Source: Terriglobia bacterium (GTDB lineage: Bacteria > Acidobacteriota > Terriglobia > 20CM-2-55-15). Taken from it: a stretch of 64,000 nt of DNA. The stretch lies in NCBI GenBank assembly GCA_965218585.1, contig CBDCLE010000017.1, positions 1-64,000 of the forward strand, read 5' to 3'. A program made the position numbers and the translations under genes. Below the pieces are notes generated by a model. It was given only the letters and a program-made list of their open reading frames with translations, had not been told where the DNA came from and did no database searches. Positions 51,012-61,325 of the stretch are shown here, piece by piece; the stretch's first letter is position 1, and the number at the start of each line of letters is the position of its first letter.

Positions 51012-51779
51012 ATGACCCTTATGTTGTTCAGCCCCAAGACCGTGGTCATCGAGGTACAGGAACTCTCGCTCCTCATCGTCCGTGCGACCAGGGGCGCGTT
51101 TCGACGCCCCTTCTACTTTCGTGACATTCTGATTCAAATGGACCACGTCGGAGTCCAGTCGATGACCATCATCATGCTGACCGGATTTTTTACCGGAGCG
51201 GTCCTTGCCCTCCAGACGTCATCAACACTGTCCACTTTCGGCGCCGTCGGTCTGACCGGGTCGTTGGTATCCATTTCCCTGGTTCGGGAATTAGGGCCCG
51301 TTCTGGCAGCCCTGATGGTGGCTGGTCGAGTGGGTTCGGGCATGGCATCGGAACTGGGCTCGATGAAGGTCACCGAACAGATCAACGCAATGCGAGCCCT
51401 GGGAACCGATCCGATCAAGAAGCTGGTTGTTCCCCGAATCTTTGCCACCGTGACGATGCAGCCGCTTCTGACAATAGTCGCAAACGCGCTTGGTGTCGTC
51501 GGTGGGCTGTTTATGGCGGTGCTCGTACTGCAGATATCTGCGAACCTCTATCTCAATTCAGCCTGGGACGCCCTCGACTTCAACGACATCCTTGGTGGCC
51601 TCCTCAAGCCAATCGTCTTTGGCGCGATTATCGCTACCGTCAGTTGTCATTGCGGCATGCGCACTGAAGGGGGCACACAGGGCGTCGGCCGTTCCACCAC
51701 ACAAGCGGTGGTTGCAACCTCGGTTCTCATTCTTGCATCGGATCTGCTTCTTACTCGCTTGATCCTGAGCTATTTATGA
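51012..51779 (+). CDS. mlaE: MlaE-family ABC permease
   Basis: RELGPVL.AL..AGRVGS and GGTQGVGRSTT motifs. Confidence 0.9.
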   Translation: MTLMLFSPKTVVIEVQELSLLIVRATRGAFRRPFYFRDILIQMDHVGVQSMTIIMLTGFFTGAVLALQTSSTLSTFGAVGLTGSLVSISLVRELGPVLAALMVAGRVGSGMASELGSMKVTEQINAMRALGTDPIKKLVVPRIFATVTMQPLLTIVANALGVVGGLFMAVLVLQISANLYLNSAWDALDFNDILGGLLKPIVFGAIIATVSCHCGMRTEGGTQGVGRSTTQAVVATSVLILASDLLLTRLILSYL

Positions 51780-52615
51780 AAACGCTGGATCAGAGTCATG
51801 AGAGTGGAAACAATCAACTCTCCAACGTTGTTCTCGAACTTCGAAATATCACCAAGTACTACGGCGATCTGCGAGTCCTCGATGACATATCGTTTCGTCT
51901 CAAGCGCGGAGAAACGAAGATCATTCTCGGCGGTAGCGGTTCGGGAAAGTCAACGATGCTCAAATTGATGATGGGTCTGGAATCGCCCGACGAAGGAACG
52001 GTGATGATAGACGGCGAAGACATCACGAACATGGACGAACGGACGCTTGGGGGGATACGACCAAAGGCAGGAATAGTGTTTCAGGAATCGGGCCTTTTCG
52101 ATTCACTTCCGGTCTTTGAAAACGTCGCATACCGCCTCTATGAATTGCACATCGAGGAGGACGAAATCGAGGAGCACGTACGGAGAGTTCTCGGTTTTGT
52201 CGGCCTGGAAGACGCGATCGAACTCATGCCTTCTCAATTGTCGGGTGGAATGAAACGGCGTGTTTCCCTCGCGCGGGCTCTGGTCTCCGAACCCAAGATA
52301 ATGCTTTACGACGAGCCTACGGCCGGCCTGGATCCGGTCACGTCACGACGCATCAACGAGCTCATCATACGACTGAGAGACACGCAGGGAGTATCGGGTG
52401 TGTTCGTTACCCATCGACTGAGAGATGCTTTCACGTTGGCAACCGAGTACGCCGCAGAATCTAATGGCGACCTTCAGTTCAGGAGGGAAGACGGCACCTT
52501 CTGCCTGGCACATACTCGTTTTGTCATGCTCAACATGGGTAAGATTATTTTTGAAGGACCCGACGAACTGCTCCGGGCTTCGACGGATTCTTACATACGG
52601 AAGTTTCTCGCATGA
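51776..52615 (+). CDS. mlaF: MlaF-family ABC ATPase
   Basis: GGSGSGKS, LSGGM and YDEPTAGLDP motifs. Confidence 0.9.
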   Translation: MKTLDQSHESGNNQLSNVVLELRNITKYYGDLRVLDDISFRLKRGETKIILGGSGSGKSTMLKLMMGLESPDEGTVMIDGEDITNMDERTLGGIRPKAGIVFQESGLFDSLPVFENVAYRLYELHIEEDEIEEHVRRVLGFVGLEDAIELMPSQLSGGMKRRVSLARALVSEPKIMLYDEPTAGLDPVTSRRINELIIRLRDTQGVSGVFVTHRLRDAFTLATEYAAESNGDLQFRREDGTFCLAHTRFVMLNMGKIIFEGPDELLRASTDSYIRKFLA

Positions 52616-52745
52616 AGGCCACGCATTCATGCTGCCTTTATTTTAGAAGTAGCGCGTAGACAAATTGGGATAAATTGGTCGTCAAACTGGACGGTTAGCA
52701 GCGGAACAGATCTTCCTGTCACACGCTGCCCGTGAAGGGGAAAAC

Positions 52746-53822
52746 ATGGCAACGCGTCAGTCAGTAGCCTGGATCGAACTACGTGTCGGTATCCTTGTCC
52801 TCGCCAGCTTCGTACTCCTGGCAGGGGCTATCTTTTATGTGACCGGCGAGACGGGATTCTTCACTCCAACCTACACGATTACGGCCTACTTCGAATCGGC
52901 GGTCGGAATGAACACGGGCGCCGAAGTCTGGTTGGACGGTGTCACGGTAGGCAATGTCAGGAGTACTCAGCTTACGAACCTGCCCGACCCGGCACGCTCC
53001 GTGGCTGTCGAGATGAGCATCGACCAGAGGTTTCAGAACCTGATCCTCTCGGACTCACTCGTCACCGTACAATCCATCGGCTTGCTTGGCGACAGTTACG
53101 TGGACATCGCGCGCGGCCTGGGAACCGGTGATCCGCTACCTGACGGGGGCACACTGCAGGGAGAAGGCACAGGTGACATTCGCGAGCTGATCACCGGGAC
53201 CAACGATGTCATCGCCAATCTGGGCGTTCTCAGCGACCAGGTGCAACAAATCACGACACAGATACAGGAAGGAGAGGGCACGCTGGGACGCTTTCTTACA
53301 GACACTGCCGTCTTCGACAACGCGAACAGCGTCGTCCTGGAAGCCAACCAGCTCGTCCGGGATGCCCGGACCGGTAACGGGACGATCGGCCGGCTGATGT
53401 CCGACGACATCCTCTTTACGCGCATGACCGATACGGTGGACAGCGTGGAAGCCATAATCGCAGAGGTAGAGAACGGCACGGGCACACTCGGGAAGTTCAT
53501 CCACGATCCGACGATCTATGACCAGGCCAGTGAGCTTGTTCAAAAAGCAGACAACGTCGTGGATCGCCTGGAGCGAGGGGAAGGCACGCTGGGTCGTCTC
53601 AGCCAGGACGACACGCTCTTCGTCGAAGCCCGGACGGCCATGGAAGAAATCTCAACCATGGTCTCAAACGTTGCCAACAGTGAAGGTACCGCGGGACGCC
53701 TGATCAACGATCCGTCTCTTTACAACAACGTCAATCAGGCAATCTCGGAGGTGTTGAAACTCGTCTACGATTTCAGACAGGATCCCGGAAGATTCCTCAC
53801 TATCAATTTCAGGCTCTTCTGA
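52746..53822 (+). CDS. mlaD: MlaD/MCE-family protein with helical repeat extension
   Basis: TM helix, MCE domain (GVTVGNV, GLLG), five G.GT.GR/K repeats. Confidence 0.85.
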   Translation: MATRQSVAWIELRVGILVLASFVLLAGAIFYVTGETGFFTPTYTITAYFESAVGMNTGAEVWLDGVTVGNVRSTQLTNLPDPARSVAVEMSIDQRFQNLILSDSLVTVQSIGLLGDSYVDIARGLGTGDPLPDGGTLQGEGTGDIRELITGTNDVIANLGVLSDQVQQITTQIQEGEGTLGRFLTDTAVFDNANSVVLEANQLVRDARTGNGTIGRLMSDDILFTRMTDTVDSVEAIIAEVENGTGTLGKFIHDPTIYDQASELVQKADNVVDRLERGEGTLGRLSQDDTLFVEARTAMEEISTMVSNVANSEGTAGRLINDPSLYNNVNQAISEVLKLVYDFRQDPGRFLTINFRLF

Positions 53823-53856
53823 AACGGATGATCCAGGCTTACCAGGGAGATCCGCG

Positions 53857-54321
53857 ATGTTGGAAGCAAAGAAAAAGATAGAAGAAGAAATCAAGGTACT
53901 TCAGAAGGAGTTGACCACCGAGCTCCCGCGCGCGCTCAAGACGGCCATAGCGATGGGCGATCTGAGAGAAAATGCGGAGTACCACGCAGCTAAAGAACGG
54001 CAAGATTTCGTCCGAGCACGGTTGGGCCAGCTCAAACAGCGGCTTTCAGACCTGGCAATGATCAACCTCGACAAGATCCCCAGAGACAGGATTTCTCTGG
54101 GCTCAACGGTCAAGCTCTTTGATATCGATAAGGAAGAAGAAATCATCTACAAACTCGTAACTACAGAGGATTCGAACGTGTCCGACGGGGCGATTTCCAC
54201 GACGTCCCCGATAGGCCAGAGTCTTCTCGGAAAGCAGGAGGGCGATACCGTCGATGTGAGGATCCCTTCCGGGGCCCGGTCCTTCGAAATCGTTAGCTTT
54301 AAGACGATTCACGATAAATAG
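53857..54321 (+). CDS. greA: Transcription elongation factor GreA
   Basis: GDLRENAEYHAAK and SPIG motifs. Confidence 0.93.
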   Translation: MLEAKKKIEEEIKVLQKELTTELPRALKTAIAMGDLRENAEYHAAKERQDFVRARLGQLKQRLSDLAMINLDKIPRDRISLGSTVKLFDIDKEEEIIYKLVTTEDSNVSDGAISTTSPIGQSLLGKQEGDTVDVRIPSGARSFEIVSFKTIHDK

Positions 54322-54348
54322 GGCGCATTACGATTGGGAAAGGACGAT

Positions 54349-54411
54349 TTGTCCAGAACCGGAAATTAGCGTAAAATCTCTTAGTTGGAAGGAGTATCCG
54401 CGGATACTCCT
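54349..54411 (+). promoter_or_regulatory. Sigma70-like promoter followed by a perfect 22-bp palindrome
   Basis: TTGTCC(54349-54354)-N17-TAAAAT(54372-54377); aggagtatccg|cggatactcct at 54390-54411. Confidence 0.5.
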
Positions 54412-54425
54412 AAACTAAAGACCTG

Positions 54426-55106
54426 ATGACATTTCACACGATCAGCGGGAAGATCGGCAAGGGCGGTAAGAAGGCACAGGACTTTCTCGTTAGACGCCTT
54501 TCAAAACACCGCGTCAATCCCAATTACCTCACATTCATTGGTCTCGGCGTGAACATCTTCGCGACCGTTCTCTTCGCCAAGGGCATGTTCTTCTGGGCAG
54601 GACTCGTCGTGCTGTTCGCCGGGGTCTTCGACATGCTCGATGGCGCCGTTGCCAGGGTCACACAAAAGGTCACAACATTTGGTGCATTCCTCGATTCGGT
54701 CATCGACCGCTACTCCGACATGCTGATGCTGTTCGGCCTGCTCATCTGGTACGCCAAGATGGACCGGATGTTCTACGTCGGACTCACCGCCATGGTGATA
54801 ATCGGATCGGTCATGACCAGCTATACACGAGCCCGCGCCGAATCGCTGATCCCGGCATGTAAGGTCGGTTTCCTCGAACGCGCCGAACGGGTCGTCCTTC
54901 TGATAATCGGCGCCCTGACCGACCGCATGGCCGTCGTCCTCTGGATCATGGCAATCCTCACCAACTGGACGGTTTTCCAGCGCATCTGGTACACCTGGAA
55001 GGAAGCGAGCCGACTCGAACGGCAGGAAATTTCTCTGGAGGTCGAAGAAGCAGAGGAAGTCGGGGAACAAGCCAAAGTCGGGGCCAAAGCCAGCCTGCAG
55101 ACCTAA
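54426..55106 (+). CDS. CDP-alcohol phosphatidyltransferase
   Basis: D..DG..AR and G...D...D motif, SYTRARAE, ERAER (PI-phosphate synthase-like subgroup). Confidence 0.9.
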   Translation: MTFHTISGKIGKGGKKAQDFLVRRLSKHRVNPNYLTFIGLGVNIFATVLFAKGMFFWAGLVVLFAGVFDMLDGAVARVTQKVTTFGAFLDSVIDRYSDMLMLFGLLIWYAKMDRMFYVGLTAMVIIGSVMTSYTRARAESLIPACKVGFLERAERVVLLIIGALTDRMAVVLWIMAILTNWTVFQRIWYTWKEASRLERQEISLEVEEAEEVGEQAKVGAKASLQT

Positions 55107-55123
55107 GCAATCGTGATCTTCAA

Positions 55124-55154
55124 CTGTAGGTACGGCTTGTGACCGCACCTACAG
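55124..55154. repeat. GTAG-type REP palindrome between convergent genes
   Basis: ctgtaggtacggcttgtgaccgcacctacag. Confidence 0.6.
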
Positions 55155-55184
55155 GTTACCGATTGATGACGAAGGGGTCCGTGA

Positions 55185-56432
55185 TCAAATTCGCCCCAAC
55201 CGATACGGCCAGGGATCGATGTGAGGTGTTTCACCTGTGACGCACTCCGCGATCAACTTACCCGTCGCCGTCGCCATACTCAGTCCAAGCATGTTGTGAC
55301 CTGCGGCAATTAAGACGTTGGTGAAGCGCGGACTGCTGCCGATAAACGGAACGCCATCATAGGTCATCGGTCGCCACCCGTACCACTCCTCTTCCACGCG
55401 TTTGGAATACGGTTCGCGGAGGTAATCGCCGGCAGACTCCTTAATCATCTCGAGTCGCCTTCGGTCGAGCGTCGTATCGTAACCCGCGAACTCCATCGTG
55501 GAACCCAACCGATATCCGGATTGCATCGGCGTGACAACTACTCTGTTCTCGGGAAACATCAGCGGCGTCCTGGGACATTTCGCCGGGCGAGGCATCGTGA
55601 TCGAGTAGCCTTTTCCGGGTTGAATCGGAATCCGGCAGCCAACTTCATGATTCAGGTGCGGCGTCCAGGCACCGGTTGCGACAATGAAGAAATCTGCCAT
55701 CAGTTCTTCCGCTGAGGTTGAAATCGCAGCGGCATAGTCACCTTCCTGAATGAAACGTGTGAACTTACACTGTTCGATGACGCGTACCCCGCGCGACTCA
55801 ATCAATCTTCGCCAGGACGACAACAGACGGTCCGGACGCAGATGAGCATCGCCTTCGTAGTACCAGGCACCCGCTATTCCATCTACCACGGCCGGCTCGC
55901 GCCTTACCACTTCGCTCGCATCGATACGGGTCCCGACAATCCCAAAGCGGTCGTGAATCAACCGGGCGGTTGCCACATATTTCTCGAAGATTTTAGCCGT
56001 CTTGAACACCACGTACAGGCCGCGTTCTTCCCATTCGCAGGACAGATCTTCTGTCCGAAACAATTCGGTGTACAGCTCTCGTGAAGAAGCCAGCAATGCA
56101 TAGCGGGCCTCGGCAGCTCCCAGCATGTCGCGCGTGTTGCACCGCCGGGCGAACTTGATCAGCCAACTCCACAAGTGCGGGTCCAGGCGGGGTTTGATGC
56201 GCAACGGAGCATTCTTCTTGAAAAGCGACCTGAGTGCATCACCGACTGCACCCGGCTCTGTCAGTGGAAGGAGATGGCTCGGGCTGACGAGCCCGCAATT
56301 CGCATGGGAACAGCCGCCCCCGAGGCTGCCTTTGTCAATAATCGTAACGTCAAGGCCCGCACTCCTGAGGTAGTAGGCGCAGGCGGTCCCGATCACTCCA
56401 CCACCGATAATAACAACGTGTTTGGCGCTCAT
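55185..56432 (-). CDS. FAD-dependent D-amino acid dehydrogenase family
   Basis: GGGVIG, KGYS, GWRP and AGHNMLG motifs. Confidence 0.88.
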   Translation of the reverse strand: MSAKHVVIIGGGVIGTACAYYLRSAGLDVTIIDKGSLGGGCSHANCGLVSPSHLLPLTEPGAVGDALRSLFKKNAPLRIKPRLDPHLWSWLIKFARRCNTRDMLGAAEARYALLASSRELYTELFRTEDLSCEWEERGLYVVFKTAKIFEKYVATARLIHDRFGIVGTRIDASEVVRREPAVVDGIAGAWYYEGDAHLRPDRLLSSWRRLIESRGVRVIEQCKFTRFIQEGDYAAAISTSAEELMADFFIVATGAWTPHLNHEVGCRIPIQPGKGYSITMPRPAKCPRTPLMFPENRVVVTPMQSGYRLGSTMEFAGYDTTLDRRRLEMIKESAGDYLREPYSKRVEEEWYGWRPMTYDGVPFIGSSPRFTNVLIAAGHNMLGLSMATATGKLIAECVTGETPHIDPWPYRLGRI

Positions 56433-56537
56433 TGGTGAGAGGTGCCCGCTCCGGTTCGCCTCACCCAGCACAATCGCATACTGCCCCGAGCAAGGACAAG
56501 TAGTGCAGGAACGTCCAGGATACTGAACGATCGGAAG

Positions 56538-57206
56538 CTAACGGTTCACGTCGCTCGGGAGATTCAATTCAAAGGTGCCGCCGGGGAGGCGGCCATTGAT
56601 AACGATATTGGAATAGTTGACGATCTGATAGTCGCCGGAAGCTTCGTAAATATAGAGTTGCACCGGAATCCACCGACTCTGATCGACCCACATTCGAATG
56701 GTCGGAAACATGCCGCGAACTCGCTCTGATTTCGATTCCAGTTCGAGGACCGAGGTTTCGATACCGTCGACGACTTCCTCACCCGTCAATACGACATCGT
56801 AATCATCCGGCAGTGTGTGGTTCGCGGGTCCAAAGCCGAGGACGAAGAATTCGGCAATATCCCGTCGCTCACCAAAATCGAATTCGTCGAGATGGTTGAT
56901 TCGGGGACGGTAGATCTGTGCTCTGCCTTCGGCCATGAGCAGGTGTTGTGGAGCCGGATCCTCAATCGTCAGTCGAACGCGGCTGTCGTCGCCGCCTCCC
57001 TGGAAATAGATCTTTCCGGTTTCTGTCGAGCGAAACTCGACGAAGACGACAACCTGAGTGCGCTCGACATCGGCTACCAGGTTACGAAACTCGCTCCCGG
57101 TCGCCGCCATCTCGGCCAGGACGGAGTCCAACGAAGTTCGCGTCTGAGCGCGGGCCGTTCCTGCGACCAGGAACAGAATGGTCAGCAGCGGAGCGAAACG
57201 TTTCAC
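56538..57206 (-). CDS. LolA-like periplasmic carrier protein
   Basis: Signal peptide; beta-rich LolA-like pattern ending F.L..P..V. Confidence 0.7.
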   Translation of the reverse strand: MKRFAPLLTILFLVAGTARAQTRTSLDSVLAEMAATGSEFRNLVADVERTQVVVFVEFRSTETGKIYFQGGGDDSRVRLTIEDPAPQHLLMAEGRAQIYRPRINHLDEFDFGERRDIAEFFVLGFGPANHTLPDDYDVVLTGEEVVDGIETSVLELESKSERVRGMFPTIRMWVDQSRWIPVQLYIYEASGDYQIVNYSNIVINGRLPGGTFELNLPSDVNR

Positions 57207-57568
57207 TCCGGAACAACCCAGAACGAATACGCAGCCAGCGTGCCTCGGGTATTGTCGATCGGTTCGGTGCGATAGATCTCGATCGGCTCGTCCGATCGAA
57301 GGAAAGCCTGCAGCTTGTCTCGAGCTTCCAGCTCCAGTTCTTCAGATGGATTCGAAAAGATCGATGCGTCCACCTGAACCCGGTAGACGACGTTTCCATC
57401 GTCGTCGAGAACTCTCTGGACCTCATCCTCGGAAGACAGTCTTCTGAAATCTGGACGGTCGTTAAAAACTGTGGCAGGGATCAGAAAAATCGCGATCAGA
57501 ATCAATCCACATAGGACGTTGTACTGAAAGGAGCCGCGACCAAACTTCCAGATGATCCAGTTCTTCAT
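57203..57568 (-). CDS. Hypothetical membrane protein
   Basis: W.F.RGS.QY..LC.LIL..IF..P pattern; overlaps both neighbours by 4 nt. Confidence 0.7.
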   Translation of the reverse strand: MKNWIIWKFGRGSFQYNVLCGLILIAIFLIPATVFNDRPDFRRLSSEDEVQRVLDDDGNVVYRVQVDASIFSNPSEELELEARDKLQAFLRSDEPIEIYRTEPIDNTRGTLAAYSFWVVPE

Positions 57569-58314
57569 CGTGCCCCCCCCTCGCTGCCTACGGACAGAAG
57601 TTCGTCATCCACATTTTCTCCTTTGGTGCCGTTACCAGACCCGTCGCTGTGGACCTTGCCGTCCCGCATCTCAATCACACGGTCCGTATAGGACGCGAGT
57701 TCGGGGTTGTGCGTCACGATAACAATCGTCTGTCCCATTCGCGTATTCAGTTCGCGAAACATTTTCAGGACAATCGCGGAATTCTTGGAATCCAGGTTAC
57801 CTGTCGGCTCATCGGCCAGGATGATGGCAGGTTCCTTCACTACGGCCCGGGCAATAGCCACTCGCTGCTGTTCCCCGCCGGACAGTTCTGAGGGACGGCG
57901 GCCCATCTTATCTTCCAATTCGAGAAGAGCGAGGGTCTGGGCCAGGCGTTGATCGACCTCGGGATCTCCGTGATCCCCATGAATTGTCCTGGCGATTTCA
58001 ATGTTCGCTCGTGCGGTCAGCGTCGGCAAAAGGTTGAACTTCTGGAAAACGAACCCGACCTTGTCCCGTCGGAAGGCAGTCCGCTCGAAATCGTCCATGT
58101 GCGCAACATCCTGCCCGCCGATCATCACGCGTCCGCCCGTGGGCTGGGTCATCGCACCCAGGATGTGCATCAGAGACGATTTGCCGCAACCCGACGGACC
58201 CATGATGGCGACCATCTCTCCAGCGTCGACACGAATACTCACTCCGCGCAGGGCTTCGACTTCGATCCTGCCCGTCTGATACACCTTCGTTAAGTCAATG
58301 GTTTCCAATAACAT
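57565..58314 (-). CDS. ABC ATPase (LolD/MacB-type)
   Basis: GPSGCGKS, LSGGEQQR and ADEPTGNLD motifs. Confidence 0.92.
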   Translation of the reverse strand: MLLETIDLTKVYQTGRIEVEALRGVSIRVDAGEMVAIMGPSGCGKSSLMHILGAMTQPTGGRVMIGGQDVAHMDDFERTAFRRDKVGFVFQKFNLLPTLTARANIEIARTIHGDHGDPEVDQRLAQTLALLELEDKMGRRPSELSGGEQQRVAIARAVVKEPAIILADEPTGNLDSKNSAIVLKMFRELNTRMGQTIVIVTHNPELASYTDRVIEMRDGKVHSDGSGNGTKGENVDDELLSVGSEGGAR

Positions 58315-58362
58315 ACGTATCTCTTCAGTCTACGCGCCAGTGGGTTTCGGTTCCACTAAAAA

Positions 58363-59466
58363 CTATTCGTACGCAAGGGCTTCGACCGGATCCTGACTCG
58401 CGGCGCGAAACGACGGGTACATCGCACCGAGAATCCCACTGACCAGGGCCAGGCCGATGGCCCTCAATACCCACTCAAACAGGATCACGATCGTAAGTCT
58501 GGGAATCTGCCACTGAACGGCGCCGGCAATTACGAAACTCAATCCGATTCCCATAAGAATGCCAATCACGCACAGCCAGAGAGTCTCCGTCAGGATCATG
58601 CGGACAACGAAACCCTTCGAAGCTCCAAGCGACCGCAGGATACCGATTTCACGGGTCCGCTCATTGATGGTCGTATACATGGAAAGAAAGATAACCAGTA
58701 CCCCTATCGTAACGGCAACCGACATGACGACTGTGAGGAACGGATCCAGCCAGGGAATGTTGGCGTTTGTCATCAACGAGACCATGTCCTTCAGGACCAC
58801 AACGGGATAGGTCGGCAACAACGTTTCCAAGCGTTCAGCAATCGCATAAGCTTCCTCAGGGTTGTCGATCCTGATGTAGAACAGCGACGCTCTATCAGGA
58901 GCGCCCATCATCTCCTGGGCCGCGTCGATGTCCATGTACAACCGGGCGCCCTTACCGTTCTCCACGACGCCGAACACCTCGAAACGATGATTCAACAACG
59001 AAAGCTCGTCTCCCACACCGATGCCCCTGCCATCCGCATAGAGATCGTCGATAACGATCTCATCATTCGACTGGAAGATTCGCCCGTCGATAAATGTCAG
59101 TTCACCGCCGACATCACTGAAGCTTTCGTACTCAATCCCATAAACGAGGTCAAAACCTCCCTGAGAATTGAATTGTGTTACGACCGGAGAAATAGACTGT
59201 AGACCTTCAACTTCATCCAGTAATCGCTCACCGATTGCAACCGGCATCGTGGCACTGTTCAAGCCGAGAAAAACCGAGCTGCCCGGCGCCTGCAACATGA
59301 TGTCGGCACCAACGCCTTGAGTGCGCTCCCCGGCTTCGATGTTGACCCCTGTGACGAGGCCCACGATAAGAAGGATGAGCGCAACCTCGATGGAAACGGC
59401 CAGAATAGTAACTGCGGTCCGGACTGGCCGCTTGGCGAGGTTGGCGAATATAATCTCTTTGTTCAA
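58363..59466 (-). CDS. ABC permease (MacB/FtsX/LolC-like, 4 TM)
   Basis: ERTREIGILRSLGA and YP..RA...DPVEAL motifs. Confidence 0.9.
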   Translation of the reverse strand: MNKEIIFANLAKRPVRTAVTILAVSIEVALILLIVGLVTGVNIEAGERTQGVGADIMLQAPGSSVFLGLNSATMPVAIGERLLDEVEGLQSISPVVTQFNSQGGFDLVYGIEYESFSDVGGELTFIDGRIFQSNDEIVIDDLYADGRGIGVGDELSLLNHRFEVFGVVENGKGARLYMDIDAAQEMMGAPDRASLFYIRIDNPEEAYAIAERLETLLPTYPVVVLKDMVSLMTNANIPWLDPFLTVVMSVAVTIGVLVIFLSMYTTINERTREIGILRSLGASKGFVVRMILTETLWLCVIGILMGIGLSFVIAGAVQWQIPRLTIVILFEWVLRAIGLALVSGILGAMYPSFRAASQDPVEALAYE

Positions 59467-59494
59467 GAAAACCTCAAGTAGAAGGATGGGTGAC

Positions 59495-60415
59495 TCAGTC
59501 CAATTGGTCCGATTCGGGTTCGTCCAAATCGACCAGTTCCGAACCTGCTGGAGCCGACCTCATGAAAACGCTTTCGTCTAAAGCGACGTTCAGTTCCGTG
59601 CTTTCAAAGTTAATTTCCAGGGAATAGTCTTCGATCGGCCGTTCGATCATGATCCTCCGAGGGAAGGCTGCTCCTTCCAGTTCCTGATAGAGCCCGTAGG
59701 AAACGTCCGTCTCACGGATTCCTTCCGCGCCAAAGACCTGTTTCCTCGACACGCGCAGATCGCGGCGATCGATCCATATTCTCTCGAGTATCCCGGGATC
59801 GTCGCGCGCACCGTCGATAAACTCAAAGACATAGAAACTGCGGCGCCCATCCACTTCCTCATAGAACACCGGGAGCACGTTGGAACTGTCCACGTACGGG
59901 TCGATATCCACGAAGAGGGAATCCATAATGTGCTGGGGTCTGAGATTCAGAATCGCATTCTCCGCCTGGGTTGTGCCGGAAGTATCCCCGACAAAAACCC
60001 GATTCTGAATCGGTACATTCACTTGAAAAGTCTCGCCATCGGACCACATATCAAACACGGTCACCAGCGCCAGGGGTGCGACGCCCCTCATCCGGATGCG
60101 CGACGGTCTCTCAACAACGATGAACCCCTGTGTTTCACGGTAGGTCGTTTCCTCTCCCGTGGTGAGGGCACCGACAGAGGCCGTAAAATTAACCGTCGCT
60201 CTCAGCGTCCTGATCGAACGGCTGATGTCTTCCAGGCCCTCGATCAGCTCCGATCTGGAAGCGTCCAGTGCAGGAAAGGGGAGCTCTTCAACGGGGATGA
60301 CGCGCGTTTGTGAAACCCCACAACCTGCCAACAGAAGGATCATTCCCAACCCGAATGAACATGGTAACCGCCTAACCGAACGGGTGTGTCTGGAACCTGA
60401 ATATGAGTCGTTCAA
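59495..60415 (-). CDS. LolA/LolB-fold-like lipoprotein (start uncertain)
   Basis: Lipobox LAGC; beta-rich body (RIWIDR...FPRRIMIERP). Confidence 0.6.
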   Translation of the reverse strand: MNDSYSGSRHTRSVRRLPCSFGLGMILLLAGCGVSQTRVIPVEELPFPALDASRSELIEGLEDISRSIRTLRATVNFTASVGALTTGEETTYRETQGFIVVERPSRIRMRGVAPLALVTVFDMWSDGETFQVNVPIQNRVFVGDTSGTTQAENAILNLRPQHIMDSLFVDIDPYVDSSNVLPVFYEEVDGRRSFYVFEFIDGARDDPGILERIWIDRRDLRVSRKQVFGAEGIRETDVSYGLYQELEGAAFPRRIMIERPIEDYSLEINFESTELNVALDESVFMRSAPAGSELVDLDEPESDQLD

Positions 60416-60426
60416 TGCCCTGCTCT

Positions 60427-61035
60427 TCAGATTTCGGCGCCACCCTCACGGCGCCGGGATAATACAAACACCAACGTAGAAACGATGATGACAAGCGAGA
60501 GGACCACTCCGATCATGGGGTAGTTCTCTTCTACAAACGCAATTGCGGCCGCTCCGTAAATGACCGCCAGAATCCCCTGAGAAAAATACCTGATACCGCG
60601 TCCAATCAGGACCGCGACCATGAAACGCGGCCAGGAAATCCCGAAAGTCCCTGCCGACAGAACAAAGACCTTGAAGGGTGTCGGAGGGGGCAACAGCGAC
60701 GGGACAATTACGGCGAGTAAGCCGTACCGGCCATACCATCCCCGAACCCGGTTCAACTGATGTTCGGAAAAACGCTTTCGAACCAGTGCCTCGCCGCCCT
60801 TGCGGCCCACCGCATAAAGCATGGCACAACCGATTATCGAGCCGAGAGTCGTCAGCCCGGCATAAACGATCATCTGGTCCGGCTGCCGAATCGAGAACGT
60901 CATCACAAGGATGTCGTTCACTTCAGGCAACGACAGGAACGATGAATCACACATCGCCAGCAACATCAAACCGACGCCGCCGTACGGAAGCAACACTTGC
61001 TCCAGCCACTCGGAGATCGTACTGAATATTTCCAT
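60427..61035 (-). CDS. DedA/YqaA (VTT) family membrane protein
   Basis: DSSF..LP, PPPTPFKVFVL.AG and GRGIRY motifs; start re-placed at ATG 61035. Confidence 0.85.
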   Translation of the reverse strand: MEIFSTISEWLEQVLLPYGGVGLMLLAMCDSSFLSLPEVNDILVMTFSIRQPDQMIVYAGLTTLGSIIGCAMLYAVGRKGGEALVRKRFSEHQLNRVRGWYGRYGLLAVIVPSLLPPPTPFKVFVLSAGTFGISWPRFMVAVLIGRGIRYFSQGILAVIYGAAAIAFVEENYPMIGVVLSLVIIVSTLVFVLSRRREGGAEI

Positions 61036-61325
61036 GCCTTCCGGCAGCTGCTCCTCGACGGAATTACCCTGGCAGCCCATCCCTGTCGAACAGGCCGCTA
61101 TCTTGCACAAAATCTTTATCTTAACACGCGTGCTGCCATTGCCGGCGGGCGTATTTGGAGCATCTCTCTTGGGAGGTCTCGGCCGTGTCCCTGCCGGCCC
61201 GTACCCGCTCAATAAACGTGTCGGATCGCCCGTGCCTGCCCATCCCTTCCTCACCGGGTTCATCTCATGTAAACTTCCCCGAACACAAATTTTCAGCCAA
61301 CTAATCTCAGTCATTGGGGGCTAGC

